Below are positions 1-11,595 of a stretch of DNA of 64,000 bases, in pieces. Within the stretch, counting starts at the first letter, position 1. Each line of letters begins with the position of its first letter. Under the pieces are notes generated by a model. The model was given only the letters and a program-made list of their open reading frames with translations. It ran no database searches and was not told the DNA's origin. The position numbers and the translations under genes are program-made. The stretch is taken from positions 4,154,001 to 4,218,000 of the forward strand of contig CP089276.1 in the NCBI GenBank assembly GCA_023920165.1, in the 5' to 3' direction. This stretch comes from Curvularia clavata (taxonomy: Eukaryota).

Positions 1-706
1 ACGTGGCGTGGCTCAGCCTGGCGACCTTCTACCCACGGCTGATTTCAGCACCTGACACCTCAGCAAAAGAAAACAAAACGACTTTGAAAGTATTCAGAAG
101 AGGTGATGAAAACAGAGAACACGCGAGTATTGAAGGTATACACTATGATTTCTGATAAATACTATTGACTGTTTTCTCTGTTATATCTTGCAGTCTTGCC
201 CTAAGTACCTAGCTGTGAGGAATATTAATGATACAAGAAGGGGTGTGTGTGCCCATGTCAGCACATAAGGCAACTACAGGCAAATGACATGTGACCATGT
301 GTTGTATTGCCTTGTTGCATGACTCTGCCTCTGAACCGAGCCTGGACTTAGTCGAGGTGGGTCGATGGATGTGTGGAGGATTATGCAATTGGTAGTAGTG
401 GTACGGCAGTTTGAGCAGCTGGCGCCCCAGCCCAGCGCCCCATCCCAACTCCGGTCACTGGAGGAACTGGCAAGATACTAAGCACCCAATCACCCTCAAG
501 ACGGAGCGCCTCGTCATAAAGCCTGCCTGGAGCCAAACGTATCAGGCTGATACTGGTATTTCCATACAGGAGGGACAGAGGCTGTATTTAATAAGAACAT
601 CCGCCTTAAGCAGAGGAAAGCAGTGTGTTCTCCCAGCTCTTTATAGCCATTTTCATACGTCTGGTGTTCTCTAGTTCCAATACTTCAAGCATCCATTCAA
701 CCTGAA

Positions 707-2308
707 ATGTCTTCATACAACACTGAACCAAGAAGATCCTCGGATCTATCGATTCAAGATCATGAGGACATTGGCAGAATTAGGGCGTTGAATCGTACGA
801 TGACATATCTTAACACGCCTGCTCAATCAGCCATCAAGGAATTCTTGTCAGTTGCTTACCACATTGAGCACTACGAAGCCTTGGCTAAGAGAGCCCAGAA
901 ACTGCTCGAGGCCGCTTTGAAGGATGCACGAGATTCTGACAAGGTTGAGGTTCAGTTCCGAATTACCTGTCGAGCAAAAACAATAAAGAGTCTGGAGGAA
1001 AAGCTACAAGCAAGAGATAAAACGCGAAACTATCGCACTGTACGAGATATCTTGGAGGATGTGCCAGATCTCGCTGGAGTAAGAATTGTGCTTTACACAC
1101 CTAATAAGGCCCAGCGGTCTAGAGTCAAAGAAGCTATCAAAGAGATCTGGGGTGACGGTGTTGAGGAAAGACTACATGGGGATCCAGTGTTGTCACGCAA
1201 AGCAAACTCGAGCAAGATTCACGACAAAGATGCAGATAATAACGACGAGGACGCCATGAGCAGTGGCCGGGAGAGTGAAGAGTATGTGCCAAAACACCTT
1301 GGGTATCAGGCCGACCATTACCGAGCTCTTATGCGCAAAGACCAACAGGATGATTCGTATAAGTACAAAGAGATAGACAAGGTAGAGATACAAGTCGTCT
1401 CAGCTCTTGGACATGTATGGGCAGAAGCAGGTCACGACGTCATGTATAAAACTCACGCGTACGGGAATCCTACAAAGTTGGAGCGTCGTATTCTAGACGC
1501 GCTCAGCGGTCTCATCACATCAGGAGACTTACTGCTCGAAGAGTTTCGTGAGTCAGTGACTAAGCGAACATATGCAAGATGGAGGCACCGAGAGGATCTC
1601 GCCATGTGGCTTCGCGAGTCGGACGTTATGAAGCAAAAAGGGAGGGAAGACGAAAAAAAAATCCACAAAACCTTGGATTATCATTTCGGGGCAGCAGGTA
1701 TCGATATCTTGTACAAATTCCTGAGCAAGACGGACAACAACTACCCAATAGCCGTTCGAAACATCCTCAAGACGCTAGATTTTCCGAAAAATCCCATATC
1801 TGGGTTGAAGAATGAACTCGCCCGATTTGGAGATGGCTTTGTACCTCCACACGGCCTGCTCGCACCGTTCTGTGTCTTGTCGCGTCTCTTACCCAAATCA
1901 GAAGAACCCTTGGATATGGAGGCACATAATGTATCTCAGAAATGCAGCATCATGATGGACGCATTTATCCTTCTCCAGACATTCTCTGGCACAGCAGCTG
2001 CTGCAAAACACTACCTACTCGACAATGTCGAACTAACTAAGGAAGAAATGGAAAGCATAGACTTTGTGCTCAGTGATCCACTGAGGCGCGACTGTTTATC
2101 AAATTTTGGAAACTATCTTGAGCAAGATCTTCAGGTGGGTTGGGATTGGTTTGTTCAGCAAGCGATTGACGATAAGTTGTGCGGCTTCTTGTTTCGTTTG
2201 GCACTTTTGGATGTCTCAGCAGAAGAAACATACTCTTTGGAACGTTTGGAAAAGCTTCAGATTAAGCCTTTGTCAAGACAGAGTACGTTTGACGACAACC
2301 ACGAATAG
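707..2308 (+). CDS. RelA/SpoT (alarmone synthetase-type nucleotidyltransferase) domain protein, 533 aa, intronless
   Basis: SYNTH motifs in canonical order: RAKTIKSLEEKL (~971), DLAGVRIV (~1067), GYQADHY (~1301), EIQVVSALGHVWAEAGHDVMYK (~1385-1450). No HD hydrolase, TGS or ACT domain recognised. Confidence 0.9.
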   Translation: MSSYNTEPRRSSDLSIQDHEDIGRIRALNRTMTYLNTPAQSAIKEFLSVAYHIEHYEALAKRAQKLLEAALKDARDSDKVEVQFRITCRAKTIKSLEEKLQARDKTRNYRTVRDILEDVPDLAGVRIVLYTPNKAQRSRVKEAIKEIWGDGVEERLHGDPVLSRKANSSKIHDKDADNNDEDAMSSGRESEEYVPKHLGYQADHYRALMRKDQQDDSYKYKEIDKVEIQVVSALGHVWAEAGHDVMYKTHAYGNPTKLERRILDALSGLITSGDLLLEEFRESVTKRTYARWRHREDLAMWLRESDVMKQKGREDEKKIHKTLDYHFGAAGIDILYKFLSKTDNNYPIAVRNILKTLDFPKNPISGLKNELARFGDGFVPPHGLLAPFCVLSRLLPKSEEPLDMEAHNVSQKCSIMMDAFILLQTFSGTAAAAKHYLLDNVELTKEEMESIDFVLSDPLRRDCLSNFGNYLEQDLQVGWDWFVQQAIDDKLCGFLFRLALLDVSAEETYSLERLEKLQIKPLSRQSTFDDNHE

Positions 2309-3109
2309 TTGCATAGCTTACTGATACTGGTCATATGAAACGCTTTGCTGGTCCACTTTAAAGAAATGTAAATTAGTTCAGCTAAGATCTGAAAAGAGAG
2401 AAGCCTATCCCAGTAAGCGCTGGCGGCCGGTCTTCTGTCAATGCTTACGGGGTCGGACTTGCTCTTAGCGATTTCAAAAGTGTGAATGCAGTCCGCATGG
2501 CTCCGCTCTTGTGCACTGGAGGGTTGATTTTTGGCTCTAATGGTGGACTAAGGAACATGTCCCAACAAGCTGCACATGGCACAATAAGGCAGACAAGAAC
2601 CAGCTATTTTTTGAGATGGTGGAAAGTCATCGTGGGCCGGCTCGAAGACTGCTAGGGTAAGAGCCGGAACACGTTGATCATGCGATGGGGAGCCTGGATT
2701 TGGGAGTAGATATGGATTTTGGACCTAACAAGCATCCTGCTAGCGCTGTCAAACGGCGTGCATCATCACCGGATAGATGTGCATTCCAATCGCAGCCACA
2801 CGACGAAGTATATGCACGAAGTATTGGTATGTACATATGTTTTCCCTCGTTGGGTTAGCGTGCTTCAGTGTTGAGCGCACAGACATATGTTTGTACAGCC
2901 TTAAGAAAAGCCAAGTCGTATCAAAACTCTCTCTACCATTCTAGCAAACTTCCAAACAGAGCAAACTTGACAATGAGACTGAAATCTGGTTTCCACTCCC
3001 GATGCTCAATGTCGCGAATGGTAACCTAAGTCCCCACGGGCACGGATGCCAGCAACTCCCTAACGCCAGAACGTAATGCAGATCCATCGCAATCATGTCC
3101 AGTCCGATC

Positions 3110-3973
3110 TCATTTCGACAACAGCCGCAGAAAGACATCCATGGAGGATGCAAGGGAAAGGAGGAATACGGAGAAGGCGAGTAGGCGTAGCCACATTGCA
3201 GCAGCGGCATCGGAGTCCAGACGCTGTGGCTGAGATGGATCACTGAACAATGGGCTAGGTTGTCGGCCAGACGTAGCTGAAGGCCACCCCAGGAGTTCAG
3301 GATTGTAGCCGTGTTTTTGAAGCATCTCCGCCACGCTCAGCAACATGATCAGGCTATTTGGATGGATCTGGCCACATTCCGGGCATTGCTCCGTGCTGAC
3401 GCCGACGCTCACATCACTGGAGCTTTTACCGGCATCTTCTGGAACGAAAGACTGTGCCACAGGAGGTACCTCTATTGTGGGTTGTGACACACGACCAGAG
3501 ACATTGTTTTCGATCACGATGACGTCGTCCGAACTGGTTTGATCTGTAATTTTGGGCGCTCCCATCGAAACTCGGGAAACAACCAGTTGGCGCACTATGA
3601 TGTCAGTCAGCAACACTGTGGTAGCGATCCATGACTGAGACATACACCACTCTGAGTCTTTATTTGACCTGAGGTACTCTCTCGCTTCCTCGACTGTTCG
3701 ACCTGCCGTGAGTACCTTGACCACCATGGCTATTGTTTTGTGATTTTCTGGATCTGTTCTTTTGTTTTTCCCGACCAGTTGTCGCATTATTCTAACTATG
3801 TCGAGCAAGAGCTCTTGGTCTTCGGTACCGTCCGAGGAGCCCGCTTTGAAGAACTGACGAACCATGCGGATATCATCAGAGGTCACTATTGCCGCAGCCG
3901 TCAGCCACTGTCCACTATTCGAATGACAAGCATCGAGCGAACCATGATAGTCATATAGCACACACATACACAC
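3110..3973 (-). CDS. Hypothetical protein (5' end and splicing uncertain)
   Basis: 287-codon open frame with protein-like composition, a CPECGQIH motif and a hydrophobic C-terminal helix; GTAAGT donor near 4200 suggests upstream exon(s). Confidence 0.5.
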   Translation of the reverse strand: MCMCVLYDYHGSLDACHSNSGQWLTAAAIVTSDDIRMVRQFFKAGSSDGTEDQELLLDIVRIMRQLVGKNKRTDPENHKTIAMVVKVLTAGRTVEEAREYLRSNKDSEWCMSQSWIATTVLLTDIIVRQLVVSRVSMGAPKITDQTSSDDVIVIENNVSGRVSQPTIEVPPVAQSFVPEDAGKSSSDVSVGVSTEQCPECGQIHPNSLIMLLSVAEMLQKHGYNPELLGWPSATSGRQPSPLFSDPSQPQRLDSDAAAAMWLRLLAFSVFLLSLASSMDVFLRLLSK

Positions 3974-4462
3974 ACGAGGGTATACAGGGAGGGTTAGGCC
4001 ATCTGATGTGCTTCTGGCGATGGCCTGCTGCAGCAGCAGACGTCGACAGGTGACGGCTGGACAAGACGCTGACAGAGGTCATGGTCGCGATCAGCCCTGG
4101 CGAGCAACGAATGTAAAGAGCAGGCATACACGATGGTAACATACAAAGTAGGCAGTGGGTGGGTGCGGGATGTTACAACAAGAAGGATAACAGTACTTAC
4201 CCTGGACATGGTGGTCCGGCAACTGCAAGGTGTATTCTGTGGGGGACATGTTGGTTGGGCGACGGGAAGAGGAAAGAGGGAGGAAGCGAGAGGAAGCGAG
4301 AGTCGGGACAGACGGTGCTGGCGGGTATGCTGTTAGTTGACAGTCTCCGGGGGCAGCAGGAAATGGGCCTTACGTGGAGCCGTCTTGAATGTCACAAATG
4401 CCAAGCGAGTTTTGCTTGTTGCGCGAAAAGATGGCTTTTGGGAAAGTGCAAAAAACCGGCGG

Positions 4463-4510
4463 AGGTCGAGGTCGGAGTCGGAGTCGGAGTCAGAGTCAGG
4501 GTCGAGGTAG
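4463..4510. repeat. Imperfect hexamer tandem repeat (GGAGTC)n
   Basis: gaggtcgaggtcggagtcggagtcggagtcagagtcagggtcgagg. Confidence 0.6.
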
Positions 4511-5796
4511 ATGGAAGTCAAGGTCAAATGCGGATTACGCTGTGTTTTGGAACAGGTGAGTGATTGTGAGATGGGCTGTGTCGAGGAATGTACTGTGGGC
4601 CGAGATGAGTGTTGTGTAGTGGAAGGGACAGTATGGAGTGAGGACTGTTTCTTGCGACGCGTGCGGATTCACCATCTCAGATCATGGGGAAACAGAAACC
4701 AGTGCGTGTCTAGTCGGGATTGACCTATGACGTTCGTTCCTGGCCAGCGCAGCTTCTTGACTGGTGGGCCAAGCTCGCGAGCCGTGATGCTTGCATATGC
4801 CGATCTTAGGCGGCCGAGGAGCGGCTGGAACATGCTTCGACACCAGTGGCCAGATGGCTTGCGCCGCATGTGTTGTCCTCCATGTCTTTCGTCGTGGTGA
4901 GCTCGCAAAAGAAGCGCCAACAGTCGAGGCATCCCTGCGGCGCCGATCAACGGGCTACCCGTCCTCCACTCCACCCCACCCCCACGCCCACCAACAGTCG
5001 AGGGTTTCGTGCATACAAGCCAAGATGACCAATGCAGATCACAAACATCTACAGTTTACCTTGCTGCCTCTAGGCGAAAGCCCATTCAATCCATGCGCTC
5101 ACTCGGATGAGCTTGTCCCAACGGGTGGCGCGACTACAGGTGGAGGCGTCTCGCTTTCTTAGGGCTGGCGCGCTGACCCCCACCCCGCAAGCTTATTATT
5201 TGCGTGCCATGTTTCCAAACGACGTCTTTTGCATGGAGCTAATATTTCACGTGCATAGATGCATTTCCATTGGCCTCCCAAGGCATTGCTGCAAGTTCGC
5301 CGGCTACCCACCGGACATTGCTATTTTGATCCTTCTTTGGGCAGCGAAAGCATCCTTGCCCAACCCCATGCCCTTGCTAACTCATGTCCAAGCCTCATTA
5401 CCGACTACGTCCCGGCTTCCACGTGCCAATGCCCCATCGACACCCTCTGCAGCTGGCCAACAAAACCGGAGCCAGTGGCAGGGTAGTCTCTCTGTCCGAC
5501 AAATCGGCCGGATAGGGACAGCGCAAGGACAGTCGAATCACTCAAATAACATAAGCAATAGGCAATCAATCAATTACATGGGTGCTGAGGATTACTTCTA
5601 GGCTCTAGTAGAGTCGATCTTGTGAGCTCAGGAGCTGACCATTATGTTTTGGTCGAGGCTGACAATATGCACAAAGTATATTCGGTAGGGCTGACCATTT
5701 CGTTGGACCGAGAGGTACAGGGTACATTGTTTGATCGGCCGACTAGGGCGAGGTGCGATTAGCACGTCAGCACCAGCCCAGTCCATTTAGGCGAGC

Positions 5797-6215
5797 TATG
5801 ATATCTGTATTGACCAAGTTAACCACCCCATCTCTGACTTTAATATATATAATGCCGCCCATACCAACCATCTTAAGATTGACGTCCTCATCGACGGCCA
5901 GAGTATCTTCGTAGAGGACCTCGAGTCCTTCTTTTGGGTCTTGTTCTGGATATATACATACACTTCACTAGGCCAAATAAGGCCGTTGCATCCAAATACG
6001 AAGTTTGAAATCATAAGGATCCCAGAGAACTAGCCATTACTAAGATAGGCACTGTAGGCACTGAGACTCCCTTTCGCATAGAGGCCGAAGAAAATTTCAT
6101 AGAGTGTTATCAAATACTGGTCAATTATATTTGTGAACTAGGAAAAGTATTGTTTCTAGGGGGTCGACCAAGCAAGAAGGAAGACAAACTTTTATATTCG
6201 AAGATGAACAAAGTG
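5797..6215 (+). pseudogene. Relic of FunK1 (fungal-type protein kinase) C-terminal lobe
   Basis: Translates as KIDVLIDGQSIFVEDLESFFWVLFWI, then a frameshift and in-frame TGA, ending KKEDKLLYSKM; collinear with 24915-25330. Confidence 0.8.
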
Positions 6216-7005
6216 GCACCCGCTGTTGCATCCGCTGACCCCTGAGGTGTCATCGGTTGGGTTCTTTTGGCTGGGGATGAGACACAAGGTCTGGAAGCCC
6301 GTTGGCAGTGACCAGTTTGGGCCCAGAAGGCAACGTCGCACAGCCTGGAAAACTGTCCTGCCACTGATCGAGGGTTGGCTACCCATGAAAGACTTGAACT
6401 TTCAACCTCCTAATGAGCTACAAGTTTATGTAACAGACTAGTTAGTGCAGCAAATATATCACTTTTATTGTATGTATATGCTATGAAGCTCTTTAGTAGC
6501 TTGATTGACCAGAATAGTAATTGAAGATTGAAATTCTGTCCATAACTTTATCGTACATCCAAAGATTACCTAGCTGGGTTGACGAAGCAAACAATTCAAT
6601 GGTTACTCCTGATGTACCGAAATAGCCAGATAAAATTGTCTCAAGAGCTTTATAAGGTCATGACTTCGTGAGGACCTCTTCTTAACTCAAGAGAGTCCTT
6701 CTGAATCAGACCGAAACTCCCGAAAAAAACGTCAATGACAGCGGCGGCGACACCAAACTGAATGATGTAGTTATGTCGCTTTTTACAGCATTCCAAGGAG
6801 AACCACGAGGCACTTGAACACACTGATCTTATATACACAGCGACTCCTTTCATACGTGTAGTCCCTGCTGCAGCAACTCACAGCATACCTCCTTGCAGTA
6901 TTTTTCGGTCTAAACCTTGATCATGCGACATTGATGATATGCCAACACATCAGCTCCTGGGTATCATACATCCTTACTGCATTTCTCACCCACACTTAGA
7001 TCCCC

Positions 7006-7732
7006 TTACTCCCCCTTCCCAATCTTTTCCAACATCCTTCTCGTTCCCTCCACAATCGCCCCATGCTCAACCCCATGGATCCTCTCCTCGAGCGCCTCCA
7101 GGCTCTCTCCCTCACGCAATTCCACCTCCCTCGTCAACACGGGCTCACCTGCATCCACCTCCGCAATGACCTCATGAATCATGACTCCGGTTCTCTTGAG
7201 CCCTTCTTCCCTGCCTGCCTTCCACGCCCGCTCAATCGCGCCTGCGCCTGCAAACTCTCCTGGCAGCGCAGGATGCAAATTGATAATCTTGATTTTCGCC
7301 TCCGCAATCGGCCCTAGAAAAGCAGGTGTGACGATGTGCATCCACCCCGCGCACACAATCATGTCGGGCCGTGGCGTCTGTGAGAGAATCATCTTGGCAA
7401 GATCTGCATCGTATTCTTCGCGCGCAGCGTCAACAGACTCGGGGTGCTTCTTCTTGTACGGCACTAGGTTGTGGTACGAGGTTGGGATCGAGGCTTTGGC
7501 GGCACGTTCCAGACCGTATGCGGCTTTGCGGCTGTGATTGTGGTATTTGTGTTAGCCCTTCCTATATATGGTTGCCCCTTGGCTGGTAGTAAGGGTGCTG
7601 CGCGTACTTTGATATAACGTGGACTATGCGTGTGTTGGGTAACGCGCCGGACGCGCATGCATCGATGAGAGCTTGGAGGTTGGACCCATTGCCTGAGATG
7701 AGGACGGTGAGGTTGAACTGTCGGTCTGCCAT
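7006..7732 (-). CDS. ADE8: Phosphoribosylglycinamide (GAR) formyltransferase, 2 exons (intron 7532-7607)
   Basis: Exon 1 MADRQFNLTVLISGNGSNLQALIDA; exon 2 CAGWMHI, INLHPALPG, GVMIHEVIAEVDAG. Confidence 0.95.
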
Positions 7733-8040
7733 TGCTGCCAAGTGAGGAATTACGAAGTTTTTTTTTCGTGCTGGTATTGAGTGACGTTAGTCGTGTGTTG
7801 AATTGTCCAGTCTCCCAAAATTTAGGCGTGGGGTAGGTTGCCCCGCGCGGAGTTTAGCTTGCAATCGCCGGACTGAAATGGTCGGCTATGTTTGGCAGCG
7901 CTTTGTTGGCAAGAATCATATTAGGGGTATACTGCCTAAGCCGTCAACTACGAATCTCCTGGATTTGAAATATCCCGCTGTTTTCAAGATAAACTCAAGA
8001 TACCAGGAAAAATAAACAAATGAGCACGTAAATCTCACTT

Positions 8041-9663
8041 TCACGACCTCATTCTCTTTGAGCTGGCGACCGAAGCTTCCTCCATGTCCTCCCATTCGTC
8101 GTCGTCGTCGTCATCAGCCACAATCGCTCGTTTCCTCTTGCTCCTTGCGCCAGCTGGCGGAGCGGCTGCGCTATCTGCTGCCAGACTCTGGCGCTTCTCT
8201 AGGCCTTCTAGGCGCTCCTCAAACTCCTCCTGTTGACTGTCGACTGCAGACTCTAGCTTCTCGACGCGCTCAGCACTATCCTCCATCTGATCCAATGCGT
8301 CGGCATTCTGACTGTAGATACGGTGCTTCAGGGCCAGACGCCAGAAGTAGTATCGTCGATCGTGTTCGTTGCTCGATTTCTCTTTGCGTGTAATTCGCGC
8401 CCGACTGCGATGGTTTGGTGGAATAGTTGAAAGCAAATGCAGCTCGACCATCCTGTAGAACTGCCTGCTCACAATTTTGGTTTCTTTCCGAAGCTCTTCA
8501 AGATCCTTTCCGTTGCCAAGAATCTGGTCTCGCGGAATAGGCGAGTCTTTTCTCAAGGATTCTGGAGGTAGCTTGGAAGCAATTGACAAGTTCTGGAAGG
8601 CGGGCAAAGTGCGGAGATAAGTGATGTCGCTGTAATCCCTCATCGCATCAAACGCCTCGCTGGGATCTTCCACAGGGATCTCGTAGATGAATGACTTGGT
8701 CGCTAGATCATGAAAAATGATGTCGTACAACCGGCTTCCCAGCGATTGCCCCTGGTATGGAGGAAGGATGAGGAACTGTGAGATACGCTCTCTTGACGGT
8801 GTTTGAAGGAGATCAAGCTTGTCGGTGAATAGAAATGTCTCTGGGTCTTGGTGTAGGCGGGGTGGCGTGTATTTGCCAGTTTCGCCGGTGCTGCTTTCAG
8901 CAGGAGACGGCAGCTGCTTCGTAGCACGCGCAATCTCGAATGTGGGGAAGATCCAAGAGCGATAGGTTGTGGAGAAACCAGCGAACGTGTACGGCGAGAG
9001 TGCCTTGTCTTCCAAAGGCGTCACTTCGTACAGTAGGTATAGCGTCCAGCGATCAATCGTTTCCTCGTCGTCCAACCCCTCCGTTGTGGCGCCCTCGATA
9101 AACAGCAGCACCAAGATCTTCATGTTCGTCCAGATGCGCCGCGCTTCAGCATCCGACATGGAGGCCCGCCATATCTCGTACTGCTTTCCATAGAGTGTAA
9201 AGGCATTGGCGAGCTCGCCAGGTGGCTTCCAGTCGGCAGCGGCCGCGCCAGCAGCGTCATTGATGGATTCTGGAAGATAGTCGCGGAATAGCTCTGGCGA
9301 TAGGTTGACCTGGTTTAGGTCTGGCGAGATCTTCTTGAGGTCGAGTTCCTGGTCAAATGAAATCTTGAGACTTGGCTTCATGTCATTGGCACGAAAGTCC
9401 AGCTCGATGCTGGGGTTCTTGTACCCCGCGATGGTTTCATTTTCCTCGATTAAGGTGTAGGTGTAGCTCGGGTTGAAGGAGTCCTCGAGGATGCGCTGGG
9501 GACCATCCTTATTGCTCGTACGATACAAATTGATGTGGAAGCATTCATTCGAGTTGGTGACCCCTAAATCATGTTAGCACAAGAGCTGTTGAATGCGATC
9601 TTGCCCAACGTCGCGTGCAGGGTGCTGCGCGAAGCACTTACAATCATCGAGATCAAGCGCCAT
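8041..9663 (-). CDS. HAT1: Histone acetyltransferase type B catalytic subunit, 2 exons
   Basis: MALDLDD/WVTNSNE N-terminus across a GTAAGT intron; ETIAGYK, FIEGA, RISQFLILPPYQGQSLG, EIPVEDPSEAFDAMRD. Confidence 0.93.
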
Positions 9664-10122
9664 GGTCGTAGCCGGTATCTTTGGGCAAGCAGAACGATCA
9701 GAGAGATATTTGAATCCAACGGAGCCCGAATAATGTCGTGATGTCGTTACTAGTATCTTCCAGCAAGTGAAAGCGATTTCAGTAATATCAGATGGTTTGC
9801 GCGCAAAGTGATGGAGCACTAGCGCGCCGGGAGACGCGTCTAGCTCAGCCCTACGCCATGGCCGCCGCCCCTGCACCTTGCAGTCTGGAAATGGCAGAGT
9901 ACCGAGCCCTCAAGAAAGTTGCGGCTACGTCCTCGACAACAGACCACACCCCCCACACCAATTCACTCCCACCACTGCCACGGCCGATTTCTGAGGGCAT
10001 GGACAGCGGCGATTGAACCGCTGACAGTCTTGGTTCTTTTTTTCTCTTTTTGCATAGCAGGCGGCGCATCGTGCACTTCGTCCCTCCGCTACTAGGGAGA
10101 TTACACTATACACAACATCAAC

Positions 10123-11595
10123 ATGTGGGACGGACTCTTTATGCTGCTCGCATTGAGCACAGTCATGGGTATCGCGTACGGATCTCCAGAGAACATGTTA
10201 CAGCGTTGAGATACTGACTGCCCTAGCTCGTTCCTCGCCGGCATCCTCCCCCTCTCCTTTAACCTCTCCACACGCCAACTGCGCATCTTGACCCTTCTTG
10301 GTACCGGCGTGCTGGTGGGGACATCGTTGATCGTCATCATACCAGAGGGCATTGAGACTATGTACAGCGCAGGAACCAAGGCACATACGCATGCGCGTAG
10401 TGTGCGCAGTCTTGCCCAACCGGCCATGCTATCAGCGAGGAGCCTACAAGGAGACATGCCACATTTGTCCGAATTTCCGACATGGAAGCGAGCAGATCAA
10501 GCAGAGACAGACACTCTGGACAGAGTCGCGGCCATGGCAGCTGCAGGCGTGGATATGGTCAGCGATAAGGTTACCTTTGGATTGCAGAACAAGATAAAGC
10601 ACGCAAAACAGGAAGAGAAGCCGACTGAAGATCCACACCCTCAGAAGGGAGGAGACGATGATTCCACAGAAGGCCACAAAGAAGGACATACCCGTGTCCA
10701 TGCGCCCGAAGATGACGAAAAGAACCATGGTCATGTCGAGGCTGGCCACGACGATGGGCCGAGCCCACATGCGTATATCGGAGTCGCTCTGATCCTTGGC
10801 TACATACTCATGTTTCTGGTCGAACATCTCCCGGAAGCCCTAGCCTCTGGACAGCCGGAATACCAGCCCATGCACATTTCCTTGTCCAACTTGGCACGCG
10901 GACCACACAATTCTTCATCGCTGAGCGTGAATGGAATGGGCATGCAGAGCGCGGCTGTTACACCTCTAGCAACACCTGGGCTTCCTCCACCACCCACCAA
11001 GAAGACACCAGCAGCCACCATTGGTCTTGTAGTACATGCCTGTGCCGACGGAATCGCTTTGGGTGCTTCTTCCACTGCGGAATCCACATCTCTGTCTCTA
11101 GTCATCTTCTTCGCCATTATGCTTCACAAGGCGCCCGCTGCATTTGGCCTAACATCTGTTCTTCTCAAGCAAGGGCTGTCCAAGCGCAAGGCGCGTACTC
11201 ATCTCGCCTTTTTCAGCTTGGCAGCTCCAGTCGGTGCCCTCGCTACCTGGGCCATTGTACACATGTTTGGACGCAACCATTTGGGCGGCGACGAAGGTCT
11301 GACCTGGGCAACTGGCTGGGTTTTGTGCTTCTCTGGAGGAACTTTCTTGTAGGTTGCCCATATCTGAGTTTCAACATTTTAGCACTGACAGTAATTCGCT
11401 AGATACGTTGCCATGCACTCCATGGCCGACGCAACGGCCTCCCAGCACGCCCATGAGGACACAACTGCAAATGGCTACATGGAGGCTTTCCCGTCAAGCA
11501 ATCGCTTGTCCAAGACTGACATTGCCATTGTCATGGTTGGCATGCTGCTTCCTCTCATCACACAAATAGGCCACGCTCACTCGCACGGCCACTAG
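10123..11595 (+). CDS. ATX2: ZIP family Zn/Mn transporter (ZIP9/Atx2-like), 3 exons
   Basis: SFLAGILPLS, GTGVLVGTSLIVIIPEG, GLVVHACADGIALG, IMLHKAPAAFGL, FSGGTFL/YVAMH; His-rich loop and C-terminal HAHSHGH. Confidence 0.9.

Noticed and set aside
707..2308. Bacterial contamination or operon as explanation of the RelA/SpoT gene
   Set aside because: No operon context; flanked by long non-coding DNA, a fungal FunK1 relic and spliced fungal genes. Chimeric assembly cannot be fully excluded without reads.
53..6252. 11-bp inverted match tgacacctcag (53-63) / ctgaggtgtca (6242-6252) as element termini
   Set aside because: Does not extend; an 11-mer match is expected by chance in 64 kb; no TSD or transposase.
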